Part shown: positions 9,281 through 19,151 of the stretch, in pieces | Layout: every line of letters begins with the position of its first letter | Numbering within the stretch: position 1 is the stretch's first letter | Assembly: GCA_963675755.2 (NCBI GenBank) | Contig: CAXXMD010000002.1 | Coordinates: 1,216,001-1,280,000, forward strand | Length of the DNA stretch: 64,000 nt | Origin: a bacterium | GTDB lineage: Bacteria > Zhuqueibacterota > Zhuqueibacteria > Residuimicrobiales > Krinioviventaceae | Direction of reading: 5' to 3' | Made by a program: the position numbers and the translations under genes | The notes under the pieces: model-generated | Seen by the model: only the letters and a program-made list of their open reading frames with translations | What the model was told of the DNA's origin: nothing | Database searches by the model: none

Positions 9281-11765
9281 ATTTCAACAAAAGCATCCTT
9301 TTCTGATCGTAAACCTGTCCATTAATTTTCAGACTGTAAAAATAGACTCCCGAACTGACAGACTCACCGCTAAAACTGGATCCGTTCCAACTCGTTCTAT
9401 AGAGTCCCGGGAAAGAATGAAAATCTACCAGTTTTGTTACAAATTCACCGTGAATGTTATAGATCTCTAATTCAACATGTGCATTTTCATCCAACTGATA
9501 TTCAATAAAAGTGTTGGCATTAAAGGGATTGGGATAGTTTGCCATCAAACTTGATTTTTCAGGAATGTGAGGACCTGAATTTACAACATTGGCTTGTACA
9601 GGTATGTGTTTATACCAGCCCAAAGAACCGGAATATCGATAAATCAGATCTTTATAACCGTCACCATCCAAATCCGAATCAATTTTAAAATCAGATAAAA
9701 CCAAATCATTGATTATGGATACAGGAGTTAAAAATTCATTATTTTGATTTTCGTAAAATAATATATTATCTGATTGAGATTGATACGATAGAAAATCTAA
9801 ATCATTATCATTATCTATATCCACAAAGCAGGTCCGGTTAGAATGTACATCTGGTAATTCATGTTCAATCCAATTCTTTACCAAAACAGCAGGATTCTCA
9901 TACCACTTTATATGAGAATCAAAAAAAACAACAATATCATTCAAACCATCAGAATTCAGGTCTATAACATCAAGCTTTTCAATTCCGGAATCAATATCCA
10001 TAAAAAACTGTTTGGGACCGAAATTCCCCATACTGTCCATATTTTCATACCAGAAAAGCATATTACTCTTTTCAGATGCTACCAGCACATCGGGATCAGA
10101 ATCAGAATCCATATCAACAAGGGAAAAATATTCCGGATAAAGGGCATCACTTGCAATAGTGTGTGTTTGAGAAAAATCATTATTATTATTTTCAATCCAG
10201 ATAATACAATTTGGGTTATTAAACGACATCAAGACATCCTTGTCAGCGTCATTATCAACATCTTTAATAATGATGTTTAACAAACGTTGAAAAATCCCTT
10301 TAGTGTAAAGAATGTGAGAGATAAATTTATCAGGTGTATTATTGTTTTCAAACCAATAGATATTATCATGACTGCCATTAGTGATAATAAAATCAATCCT
10401 TCCATCACCATTTAAATCCTCACTCATCAAATCATTTACTTCGTAAGCTACAGGAAACGAAAACAAATGATGATATATAAAATTACCAGAACCATCTGTA
10501 TTTTCATACCAATACAAATTACAGTCAAAATAGGAAACTACCAGAATATCCTGATCATTATCATTATCGAGATCAAATACAACAAAATCCCTGAAATATT
10601 CTAAACGATTATTAATAGTTAAATTTTTGGCATAATCACCTATTCCATTTTGATTTTCATAATAAATAATTTCCTGATCATCCCAATAAACCGCATAAAG
10701 ATCAAGGTCTCCATCCGCATCAAAGTCATCAGCACCTACACATTCAATACCAGAGTTATAATCAATATAGACGGCATCTCCCCAATAATCTGAATTGTTA
10801 ATTTTTTCCTGCCAATAAAAATATCCATTACCATGAGTTCCATAAAAAACATCCAGATCGCCATCGCTGTTTAAATCACCTGCAGCTACACAAATAGCAC
10901 CATCTGCATCATCATTCAATACCTGTTGCGGACCAAATGTACCTTTGCCGTCAATATTGGGGTACCATGCAATTTTATTATCAGAATAAGAAGCAGATAA
11001 GACATCAGGAAAACCGTCATCATCAAGATCGGCAACATTTAACGATTGGGGATAATCAACCTCTGTAGTTATACTATGTCTGGCAGAGAATACACCTTTA
11101 CCATCCGTATTCTCATACCACACAACCTCATTTTCATTTGCCAGGGACGCTAAAATATCCAAATCCCCGTCACAATCAAGATCAGCCGTTTGCACATAAT
11201 TTGCCCCCATCGCAGAATCGTCCAGCACTTGCTGTGTACCAAAACTGCCGGTGCCATCCGTATTTTCGTACCAGGCAATTTTATTATCTATAAATGATGC
11301 AGATACCACATCCTGATCACCATCACCATCAAAATCACCGGATGAAATCCATAACGCACCATCAACAAGGTTAGATATGATGTGATTCTCAAAATGATCG
11401 GGATCACCGGTATTTTCACACCATGCGATATAATCATCGTTTCTTGAATTATATAATACATCCGGGTCATTATCGCCATCAATATCAGCAACAGCTACAC
11501 ATCGCCCCCCATTTACACCTGAATGAATGATGTGAAGAGAATCAAAATTTGCTTTTCCATCTAAATTTTCAAACCAGACAATATGATCAAAGGTGGAATT
11601 GGCCACAATATCCTTGTCCCCATCCATATCCATATCCGCTGAAACAGCCCACTCCCAGTCATCTAAAAACGGCTCTTCGATGATATTCGGACCGGAAAAT
11701 TCCATTTGTGCAAAAACATGAGTAAAACATACCAACATCAATATGAGTACATGTTTTTTCATCAT
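9279..11765 (-). CDS. secreted FG-GAP/VCBS-repeat protein with T9SS/FlgD-like C-terminal sorting domain
   Basis: Signal peptide; about a dozen DxDxDGDxD...WYEN.DG.G.F repeats; C-terminal NYPNPFN...SSGVYFYSL...KRMLLLK. Confidence 0.9.
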   Translation of the reverse strand: MMKKHVLILMLVCFTHVFAQMEFSGPNIIEEPFLDDWEWAVSADMDMDGDKDIVANSTFDHIVWFENLDGKANFDSLHIIHSGVNGGRCVAVADIDGDNDPDVLYNSRNDDYIAWCENTGDPDHFENHIISNLVDGALWISSGDFDGDGDQDVVSASFIDNKIAWYENTDGTGSFGTQQVLDDSAMGANYVQTADLDCDGDLDILASLANENEVVWYENTDGKGVFSARHSITTEVDYPQSLNVADLDDDGFPDVLSASYSDNKIAWYPNIDGKGTFGPQQVLNDDADGAICVAAGDLNSDGDLDVFYGTHGNGYFYWQEKINNSDYWGDAVYIDYNSGIECVGADDFDADGDLDLYAVYWDDQEIIYYENQNGIGDYAKNLTINNRLEYFRDFVVFDLDNDNDQDILVVSYFDCNLYWYENTDGSGNFIYHHLFSFPVAYEVNDLMSEDLNGDGRIDFIITNGSHDNIYWFENNNTPDKFISHILYTKGIFQRLLNIIIKDVDNDADKDVLMSFNNPNCIIWIENNNNDFSQTHTIASDALYPEYFSLVDMDSDSDPDVLVASEKSNMLFWYENMDSMGNFGPKQFFMDIDSGIEKLDVIDLNSDGLNDIVVFFDSHIKWYENPAVLVKNWIEHELPDVHSNRTCFVDIDNDNDLDFLSYQSQSDNILFYENQNNEFLTPVSIINDLVLSDFKIDSDLDGDGYKDLIYRYSGSLGWYKHIPVQANVVNSGPHIPEKSSLMANYPNPFNANTFIEYQLDENAHVELEIYNIHGEFVTKLVDFHSFPGLYRTSWNGSSFSGESVSSGVYFYSLKINGQVYDQKRMLLLK

Positions 11766-11845
11766 ACTCCCCTTTGCTTATATTATCACATGCAGTAAAA
11801 CCTGCCCACCTTTAGATGGAGAAAAAATCCCCCTATGATTCAATT

Positions 11846-13033
11846 TCAGACCTTTGACGATTTGAAATGGAATTTTAAAATAAAATACCCCAATATACCG
11901 GATGCAATAGATCCGGCAAGGATGCCCAGACGTTCATCAAAAATCAAATCAACACCGGTTTCCTCAAAGGCCAGAGATCCAATAAAAAGACTCATGGTAA
12001 AACCTATACCGCATAAAGCCGCGGTGCCGTATAATCGGGTCCAGTTCATACCTTTGGGCAATACAGCCAATCCCACTTTAACGGATAACCAGCACAACAA
12101 GAATATGCCGACTTGTTTTCCAATAAACAATCCCAATGCAATACCCACAGGGACATTATGGAACAACTGGTCCATGCCACTGCCAATGAGTGTCAGGCCC
12201 GCGTTTGCAAAGGCAAAAATAGGTAAAATGATAAAAGCGACAGTATCATGCAGATCATGTTCCATACTCTTTAATGGAGAATAATCAGGATTTGTTTTAG
12301 ACTGGATGGGTATAAACATTGCCAGCACAACACCAGCCAGAGTAGCATGAATACCGGATTTTAACATGGCCACCCACATTACAATGCCAATAAAAATATA
12401 GACGCTTTTAGATTCCACACCCTTTTTGTTCAAAAGCCACAATATCGGGAGCAGCAAGACCACAACCAGCAATGCAATTTTTGAAATTTTAGAGGTATAA
12501 AACACGGCAATGATCAATATGGCCCCAATGTCATCAAAAATCGCCAGGGATGTGAGAAAAATCTTGAGACTGGTAGGTACCTGTGGTCCAAGCAATGAAA
12601 GTATACCCAATGCAAAAGCGATATCTGTTGCCGCGGGTATGGCCCATCCTTGTATTGCAGAAGGATCGTTATAGTTGAATGCAAAATAAATCAGTGCCGG
12701 AACAGCCATCCCACCTATTGCACCAACACCGGGTAAAATAATGTTTCGCTTGTCGCGCAGTTCACCTTCAAGCACTTCACGTTTCAATTCCAGCCCAATC
12801 ATGAAAAAGAAAAAAGCCATCAGTCCGTCATTGATCCAGAGAAGCAGAGGTTTTGAAATATTTAACGGACCGATTATCACTGCAACTTTTAAAGTTAACA
12901 GCAGATCATAATATTCCCGCAAAGGAGTATTGGCTACAACAAGCGCAAGTACAGTGGCAATCATCAGTACGATACCACCAGATGATTCTTTTTTCAGGAA
13001 ATTTGAAATTACGGAATTATTCTCGTTCGTCAT
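11846..13033 (-). CDS. nhaA: Na+/H+ antiporter NhaA
   Basis: [50 protein letters not shown]. Confidence 0.97.
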   Translation of the reverse strand: MTNENNSVISNFLKKESSGGIVLMIATVLALVVANTPLREYYDLLLTLKVAVIIGPLNISKPLLLWINDGLMAFFFFMIGLELKREVLEGELRDKRNIILPGVGAIGGMAVPALIYFAFNYNDPSAIQGWAIPAATDIAFALGILSLLGPQVPTSLKIFLTSLAIFDDIGAILIIAVFYTSKISKIALLVVVLLLPILWLLNKKGVESKSVYIFIGIVMWVAMLKSGIHATLAGVVLAMFIPIQSKTNPDYSPLKSMEHDLHDTVAFIILPIFAFANAGLTLIGSGMDQLFHNVPVGIALGLFIGKQVGIFLLCWLSVKVGLAVLPKGMNWTRLYGTAALCGIGFTMSLFIGSLAFEETGVDLIFDERLGILAGSIASGILGYFILKFHFKSSKV

Positions 13034-13092
13034 AGATTGTCCCTGTATTTAGTGAATATTAATTTATAATATATACAAAAAATCCAACTACT

Positions 13093-14385
13093 CTATTTCC
13101 AAAACTCGTATACCCTGTCCAAACTTTCCCGTTCTTTTAATATTTTAAAGGATTCACCATCATTGAAATATCCAACAACTTTGGGTAATTGTCGGCTGTT
13201 ATGGCGTGACCACATGCCCATGGTATACGCACCAGTATCATGAATAATGAGATGGTCCCCTTCTTCTATCACTGGCAATTCAACATCCCGCGCAATGATG
13301 TCTCCGGCAAAACACAAAGGACCGGCAATAGTATACGTGTCTGTTTTATCCAATGATTTGAGATTACCCTGCGCATCAGTAACGGCAATTTCGTGGTGCC
13401 AGTCCTGAGGCAGGTAGCATGCACGCATTAGCAGATCTGCCCCAACGTGGATCATGGCGGTTTTTACTCCCGCCAGGTCTTTGACATACTCGACACGACT
13501 TGCCGTCCAGCCACAGTTGGCGTGTAAATATCTTCCAAATTCTGTAATGAGTTTATATGAACCGTTAAACAGTAGGGGAAACCGGGATCGTAATGCCTCA
13601 CTATATTCTTTCATACTGTTGGGTTCAACATCGCGATAATAGGAGACCGGCAGGCCGCCTCCCAAATCAAAAATATTGATACGTCTATCAGCGCCTGTCT
13701 GCTCAAATCTAGTATTGACAATTTCAGCAAACGCCAATACCCTTTCAACACCGTTCAAGAGCAGCTCCATCTCGCACCCCTGTGATCCCACATGCAGATG
13801 AACACCAGTCAGCCAGTTATATTTCAAATACACGTTTAAAAGCTCATCGTACATATCATTCAGGGGTATACCAAATTTAGAGTATTTTCCCGCCACACTG
13901 GTAATACCTATCTTTCCGCTTCCTACCTGCGGATTAATACGAATCCCTATGGTACTTTTACTTTTATTATTTTTAAGAAAATCATCTATACGTTCAATCT
14001 CCTGAAAAGAATCCGCATTCACATGTACACCCAGTTCAAGGGCGTATTCAAGCTCTTGCCGGGTTTTGGCCGGTGAATCAAAAACCATCTTTTGGGGATC
14101 ATATCCGCATTTCTCTACAAAATAGAGCTCTGGTAATGTAGCAGCTTCTGCACCGGCTCCACGGGTTTTCAAATGCTCAAGAATCCCAATTAACGGATTC
14201 GCCTTGATCGCAATAGCATGCAGAGTATCGTCAGGAAACAGACTTTTTAAATCGTTAAATTTTTCATCGAGAAAGGATAGATCATGAAACATAACAGCCG
14301 TGTCATCAGTTGTTAAGAGTTTTTTGAATTTCAACGCTTTTTGTAAAGCTATAGATGCTTTTAGATCACTAATTCGATTTTGCAT
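13093..14385 (-). CDS. fold-type III PLP-dependent decarboxylase (LysA/ODC-like paralog, substrate uncertain)
   Basis: AIKANP (PLP Lys), VFDSPAKT, SKFGI, HLHVGSQ, DLGGGL, EFGRYL, GPLCFAGD, GAY; start placed at ATG 14385. Confidence 0.85.
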   Translation of the reverse strand: MQNRISDLKASIALQKALKFKKLLTTDDTAVMFHDLSFLDEKFNDLKSLFPDDTLHAIAIKANPLIGILEHLKTRGAGAEAATLPELYFVEKCGYDPQKMVFDSPAKTRQELEYALELGVHVNADSFQEIERIDDFLKNNKSKSTIGIRINPQVGSGKIGITSVAGKYSKFGIPLNDMYDELLNVYLKYNWLTGVHLHVGSQGCEMELLLNGVERVLAFAEIVNTRFEQTGADRRINIFDLGGGLPVSYYRDVEPNSMKEYSEALRSRFPLLFNGSYKLITEFGRYLHANCGWTASRVEYVKDLAGVKTAMIHVGADLLMRACYLPQDWHHEIAVTDAQGNLKSLDKTDTYTIAGPLCFAGDIIARDVELPVIEEGDHLIIHDTGAYTMGMWSRHNSRQLPKVVGYFNDGESFKILKERESLDRVYEFWK

Positions 14386-14469
14386 TTTTCTTCCCGGGTT
14401 CAAGTATAAAATAATATAGAAAAAAAAGAACAATTCACAAATGAAATCGGGGTTGCAGCTTTAGAAATG

Positions 14470-14496
14470 AAAAAGCCCGATTCAATGAACCGGGCC
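14470..14496 (-). terminator. intrinsic terminator ending the 19046-14504 unit
   Basis: Minus strand gcccggttca-t-tgaatcgggc followed by ttttt. Confidence 0.7.
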
Positions 14497-14503
14497 TGAA
14501 AAC

Positions 14504-15280
14504 TTAGATATTATAAATCGCGGATAATCGTACCATCCATCCATTTTTATCAGGAACCGTCGGCAATACACGCGGTGCCATGCTCGACTGTTCACTCTCT
14601 GTAAGATAAAAGATAGGGCCGGCTCCCAACCGGATCTGCATGGACTCGGTAAGCATTTTTATATTGGGACTCAGTAATAGTTTAGCTCCGCCATCGGCTT
14701 CGTCCTCTTCGAAAAAACCTTCAAGGTCTTCGCTCACAAACTCGAGGCCCAAATGGAAGCGTTTGCTCACCTGCATATTGGTTCCCATGGAAAACAAAAC
14801 ATCCACAGCATCGCGATCATCAGAAAAAGGTTTTTGCAAAACAAAATTTGCGGCTGTTCCCCATTTCCCTCTAATCCAGCTTGCAACAAATCGGGTTTGT
14901 GCAGTCTGCACAGCCTGAAATTCACGTATCCAAGCACCACCCATGCTAAAGGAAAGTCCGTATTTTTTCATTTTATAAAAATCATACATTAACTCTATTT
15001 GTCCTGAAGAAATGGCATTATCATCATCTTTTTCAAAAACAGTGGTCGCGACTGCCGATAAATTTAAATTTTCGCTAAATCCATAAACACCACCAAGACG
15101 TTGCTCCAGGCCATCTTCACCAAAGGGTTGAACCGCGCGCAAAGCATACGCAGATTCATATTTTGTGCGCCACTGGTTCTTTTCAACCTGTCCGGGAGTT
15201 ACCAGATACAGGAAATTACCATATTGCGCGAAACTTTGTACTGCAAACAACACGACTGCTAAAAGTATCCATTTTTTCAT
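14504..15280 (-). CDS. hypothetical secreted protein, probable outer-membrane beta-barrel
   Basis: MKKWILLAVVLFAVQSFA signal peptide; alternating amphipathic strands; C-terminal VRLSAIYNI; start placed at ATG 15280. Confidence 0.7.
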   Translation of the reverse strand: MKKWILLAVVLFAVQSFAQYGNFLYLVTPGQVEKNQWRTKYESAYALRAVQPFGEDGLEQRLGGVYGFSENLNLSAVATTVFEKDDDNAISSGQIELMYDFYKMKKYGLSFSMGGAWIREFQAVQTAQTRFVASWIRGKWGTAANFVLQKPFSDDRDAVDVLFSMGTNMQVSKRFHLGLEFVSEDLEGFFEEDEADGGAKLLLSPNIKMLTESMQIRLGAGPIFYLTESEQSSMAPRVLPTVPDKNGWMVRLSAIYNI

Positions 15281-15314
15281 AATCGTTCCATTTGTAATAT
15301 TATTAAACAGCAAA

Positions 15315-16085
15315 CTAGTTTTCGAACAACCCATCGGGATAAAAAGAATTCAGGAATTCATCATTTTCCAAAAGATGTTTATCCACCTCGTTGAAATCCC
15401 GTTCAATCAGATATTTCAATTCTTTAATATTATCTGACCATTTAAATCCATTGAAAAACTGTACTCCCTCAAACTGGGTCTTGTATAGTGCACCACGGCT
15501 GTAACATGAACCCAGGTATATATATTCCACACCCATTTCCTGCATAAACCGAACCGTCCAGGTCATCATGTACATGCCCAGATTATTGTGAAAATAATCC
15601 AGATCATAAAATGAATAGTAATAAAAGGCCATTTGGGGTTCCTGCAGATACAAGAATACAATCCCCACATCCTGTCCGGTCTCTGTATCAGAAAAAATTA
15701 AAACATGAGATATAATGGGCGACTGCATTAGCTTGTCAAGACGCTCATAACTCATCACATCCTGACCGAATTTGGCATCCGCATAGGTTTTACAAAACTC
15801 GCGCCATTGCAATGTAAATTCAAAATCATCACGTGCAATCAGTCTGGCATCTACACCTTTACCTTTACGTAATACACGACGGTTCTCGGACGATGGTGTG
15901 AAATCCTTTAATTGAACGCGTATATTCCGGCACAAATAAAACCGGCTGAGATCCGGTTTGTTGGGTAAAAAGCCCCTGTCAAATATATCGGCAGGGGTTT
16001 CATTTACATCCGGTTCCGCCCATATAGCATATGGGAATATATAATTTGAATAATCGGATTTATACTCTGAAAAATATAACTTCAT
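15315..16085 (-). CDS. ATE1/Bpt-like aminoacyl-tRNA-dependent transferase (GNAT fold)
   Basis: CRNIRVQLKDFTPSSENRRVLRK; YSFYDLD...NLGMYMM...GVEYIYLG...YKTQF match the ATE_N end and ATE_C patterns. Confidence 0.75.
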   Translation of the reverse strand: MKLYFSEYKSDYSNYIFPYAIWAEPDVNETPADIFDRGFLPNKPDLSRFYLCRNIRVQLKDFTPSSENRRVLRKGKGVDARLIARDDFEFTLQWREFCKTYADAKFGQDVMSYERLDKLMQSPIISHVLIFSDTETGQDVGIVFLYLQEPQMAFYYYSFYDLDYFHNNLGMYMMTWTVRFMQEMGVEYIYLGSCYSRGALYKTQFEGVQFFNGFKWSDNIKELKYLIERDFNEVDKHLLENDEFLNSFYPDGLFEN

Positions 16086-16106
16086 AAAATAAAAAGTACC
16101 TTTTTC

Positions 16107-17369
16107 TTATTCCTGTCCCGGGGGCCACATACTCTGGCCGACATCGGTACGATAATAACTGCTCAAGCAATAGATCTTTTTAATATTCTGATAGGCTTTG
16201 GCAACGGCAACATCCAGAGAATTGCCAATACCCACAATATCTGCGATGCGGTGACCACTCATAAAGAGGTGATCATTATTCTTGTCAACCACTTCATTCC
16301 ACCAGATATCGCATTCCGGTTTGCCATTCATTTGTACGGTTAAATACGGTCCGGTGATCTTTGTATAAGGATAACCCCATCCTGCAAGAGTAAGAACACA
16401 GGCATGCGATAATCCACTGTTAAACTCGATATTGAGTTTTTGATTTTTTGCCGTATCCATCATCACCTTGACAGGGTGTTTCAACATACGCAGCAGCGGT
16501 AAACCGGCAGTAACTCCAGTACGTACATTATATTCAAGCACATACCACTTGCCGTCACGTTGAGCGGCGGTTACCTGAACAGGTCCATTAAAATTTGTCT
16601 CTCTGAACCACGGCATAAGCGGATGTAATAGTTGTTTAGCAAGTCCGTATTTATCTTCTGTATCTACCTCTACCAGACCACCCAGCGGTGCACCGGCAAC
16701 CGGCCCCATATTTCCATCAAATGCACGTTTGTATTCCTGATTTGTTACCAGTGAATAGATCTCTCCTCCACTCACTAAAGCAATATGACCTGCTTCTCGT
16801 CTGCCCATATATTCCTGCAGAAATACACCTTCGGCATAATCTACATTTTCCAGCCAGCTTTTGGTATCCACAACCGTTTCACAAACAATGGTGTGAACCG
16901 GGCTGCCGGGACGGCACAATGGATTCTTAATCACATACGGTCGGGGATTCGCATCAACATATTTTAGAGCATCCAACCGATTGGGTGCAACATGAGATTT
17001 TGGAAACGGTACATCATATCGTTCACACAGTTGACGGGCAAAGTCACGATCCCGTTCCAACTGCATAGCATCGTGTATTGGAGAAAAGATGTGTGTGCCG
17101 GTTTGCAAAAACTCGTTTGTCCATTTTTCCTGGTGCCAGTTAATGGACATGGGAAATACAAGATCAATTTTATTTTTTCTTATCAACTCGCAGGGATTAG
17201 GAAACTCTTTATAATCAAAAACCTCACCCTCTTGCTGCGGACCAAAGTGTCCATAATCCCGTGTCAAATAGCAAGAGACTTTGGCTCCATCCTCAGACAA
17301 TATGCGCATTGCAGATTGAGCAAAAGAGCCCATTCCAAACACCATTATATGTGGTTTTCTTCCTAACAT
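16107..17369 (-). CDS. divergent PurD (GAR synthetase)-like ATP-grasp ligase
   Basis: Overall GARS layout: QLERDRDFARQLCERYDVP, PYVIK, QEYMGRRE, EYKRAFDGNMGP, VLEYNVRTG, GYPY, YYRTDVG; canonical GGREHA, NTGGMG and GDPE are absent. Confidence 0.8.
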   Translation of the reverse strand: MLGRKPHIMVFGMGSFAQSAMRILSEDGAKVSCYLTRDYGHFGPQQEGEVFDYKEFPNPCELIRKNKIDLVFPMSINWHQEKWTNEFLQTGTHIFSPIHDAMQLERDRDFARQLCERYDVPFPKSHVAPNRLDALKYVDANPRPYVIKNPLCRPGSPVHTIVCETVVDTKSWLENVDYAEGVFLQEYMGRREAGHIALVSGGEIYSLVTNQEYKRAFDGNMGPVAGAPLGGLVEVDTEDKYGLAKQLLHPLMPWFRETNFNGPVQVTAAQRDGKWYVLEYNVRTGVTAGLPLLRMLKHPVKVMMDTAKNQKLNIEFNSGLSHACVLTLAGWGYPYTKITGPYLTVQMNGKPECDIWWNEVVDKNNDHLFMSGHRIADIVGIGNSLDVAVAKAYQNIKKIYCLSSYYRTDVGQSMWPPGQE

Positions 17370-17378
17370 ATTCTTCCT

Positions 17379-17975
17379 TTATTTAAGGGCGTTCCGTTTT
17401 TTAAACAATTCAAATTCTTTTTGTATCTTGTAACCTTTGAACTCTTTACGTATAATATCCATCAAGATGTCGTCATGATATTCTCCATTCAAATAACAGG
17501 CATGTCGTCTTTTACCAGCCGGTTTAAATCCTACTTTTTCATACAAGGCAGCAGCACGTTCGTTAAACGCATGCACACGCAAGTAAAGGCTTTCCAGGTT
17601 CATTACATTAAACGCATAATCCATAACCAGCAGCAGGGATTCTTTTCCATATCCCTTGTTTTTACATTCATCGGGACCAATAAAGATTCCCAACTCGGCG
17701 TAACGATTTGTATAATCAATACCCAAAAGCGATATAGTTCCTACAGGTTCACCGGTTTTTTTAGCATAAATGGTAAAAAATCCTTCATTGGGTTTTGCCA
17801 TATTCTGCAACCATTCCAGTTCCTGATTGTGAGTAAGCAGAATATTTGTGGTGATTCCAATCCCATTTTGCATATCATGCACCCATTGGCGATACGTATC
17901 AGCCAGGTCTTCACGCATGGGTCCTAAAATCACCTTGTCTCCAACAAGTTTTGGAGATATTAATTTCATATCCAT
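17379..17975 (-). CDS. GNAT N-acetyltransferase (RimJ/RimL/SpeG-like)
   Basis: AELGIFIG...NKGYGKE...YAFNVMNL...VHAFNERAAALYEKVGF..G..R. Confidence 0.9.
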   Translation of the reverse strand: MDMKLISPKLVGDKVILGPMREDLADTYRQWVHDMQNGIGITTNILLTHNQELEWLQNMAKPNEGFFTIYAKKTGEPVGTISLLGIDYTNRYAELGIFIGPDECKNKGYGKESLLLVMDYAFNVMNLESLYLRVHAFNERAAALYEKVGFKPAGKRRHACYLNGEYHDDILMDIIRKEFKGYKIQKEFELFKKRNALK

Positions 17976-17987
17976 CTAGTCCACCTT

Positions 17988-19046
17988 TTAGCCGCTAAAA
18001 AAGACAACCCAGACCCAATCAATCAACAAATGTACTATAGCAGCAGCCATAATTTTTTTGGTTTTTACATAGGTTAATCCATAAGCATATCCTGCAATGG
18101 TTGCAAGAATAATATAGGCCCAGGGCATATGCCATACTCCAAGAGAACCCAAATTTATATCCAAAAAGGGAGCATTGCTGTTATTTCCATGTGCAAGCCC
18201 GAATATTATTGACGATATGATAAGCGCTTTTGTTTCAGCATTTTTAATACCGCTCATGCGCTTTTGTATCAGATTGTGAATAACGCCTCGGAATAGCAGC
18301 TCTTCAGGAATTGCCACAAAAAACAGGATTGTAACAAGACTGGAAACCATAAATCCCAGATCAAGAGAGTCATCAGAAAAACGGATAAATTTAACCGCCA
18401 TGCCCAATACCAGGATCACCATACAAACAATCAGGAAATTTATGATTGCGGTTTGCCATTCCTTGTGTTTCAGGTTATAAGTATATCCCACATCGGGCAA
18501 TTGACGGATTACCAGATAAACATAAAATAATAACAGCATTCCCACCAAATGATATACCGCAATTCCTCCACTGGGAGGTAAACTGGCAGAAGGGATCAAT
18601 CCAAATTCTATTGGCAGCCATAATAACAGAATTACAGCTGCATCAATGGGTAAAAATCTTTTTTCTTTAACCTTTAAAAACTGCATTAAAAAAACAGGTA
18701 GTAGACAATATACCAAACCAATCCCAAAAGTATAATATGCAAATGGCCCCGTTAAAACCGTATACATGGTTGCAATACCCCACAAAGCCAACGGAAAATA
18801 CCAGATGGCTGTTGGAGATTCATCCACATATTTTTGCATAATCTTGACAAGCGTAATGCTTGAAAAAAAGATATAGACAGATATCAAGATCAGGAAAACA
18901 AGAAAACTGACGAGCAATTCTACTACAGATAATTGCAGACGCAGTACACTGAATGCGTATGTAAAGGCAAGAATAGCAACAATAATCAGAGATGAACGAA
19001 TGTCTTTATTGAGCGCTTGACGTTGATAATCTTTTAAAGCAACCAT
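17988..19046 (-). CDS. CPBP family intramembrane metalloprotease (CAAX/Abi)
   Basis: PEELLFRG, SSIIFGLAH, AAIVHLLID; many TM segments; AGGAGG RBS before ATG 19046. Confidence 0.9.
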   Translation of the reverse strand: MVALKDYQRQALNKDIRSSLIIVAILAFTYAFSVLRLQLSVVELLVSFLVFLILISVYIFFSSITLVKIMQKYVDESPTAIWYFPLALWGIATMYTVLTGPFAYYTFGIGLVYCLLPVFLMQFLKVKEKRFLPIDAAVILLLWLPIEFGLIPSASLPPSGGIAVYHLVGMLLLFYVYLVIRQLPDVGYTYNLKHKEWQTAIINFLIVCMVILVLGMAVKFIRFSDDSLDLGFMVSSLVTILFFVAIPEELLFRGVIHNLIQKRMSGIKNAETKALIISSIIFGLAHGNNSNAPFLDINLGSLGVWHMPWAYIILATIAGYAYGLTYVKTKKIMAAAIVHLLIDWVWVVFFSG

Positions 19047-19074
19047 AAATGGTCCCTCCTGTTTTATAGAACAG

Positions 19075-19103
19075 AATATAAGAAATTCAACAACGTCTTT
19101 CAA
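19075..19103 (-). promoter_or_regulatory. sigma70-type promoter for the CPBP-led operon
   Basis: Minus strand TTGAAA-N17-TATATT, 28 nt upstream of ATG 19046. Confidence 0.6.
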
Positions 19104-19104
19104 T

Positions 19105-19138
19105 AAAAAGGTTGTCCCGATTTTTAATAAACCGGGAC
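19105..19138 (-). terminator. intrinsic terminator after lysA
   Basis: Minus strand gtcccgg-N11-tcgggac then aaccttttt. Confidence 0.55.
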
Positions 19139-19151
19139 TGGCTGGCAAGAG

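Noticed and set aside
16107-17369. Calling this gene purD
   Set aside because: Substrate-binding motifs GGREHA, NTGGMG and GDPE are missing and there is no purine context.
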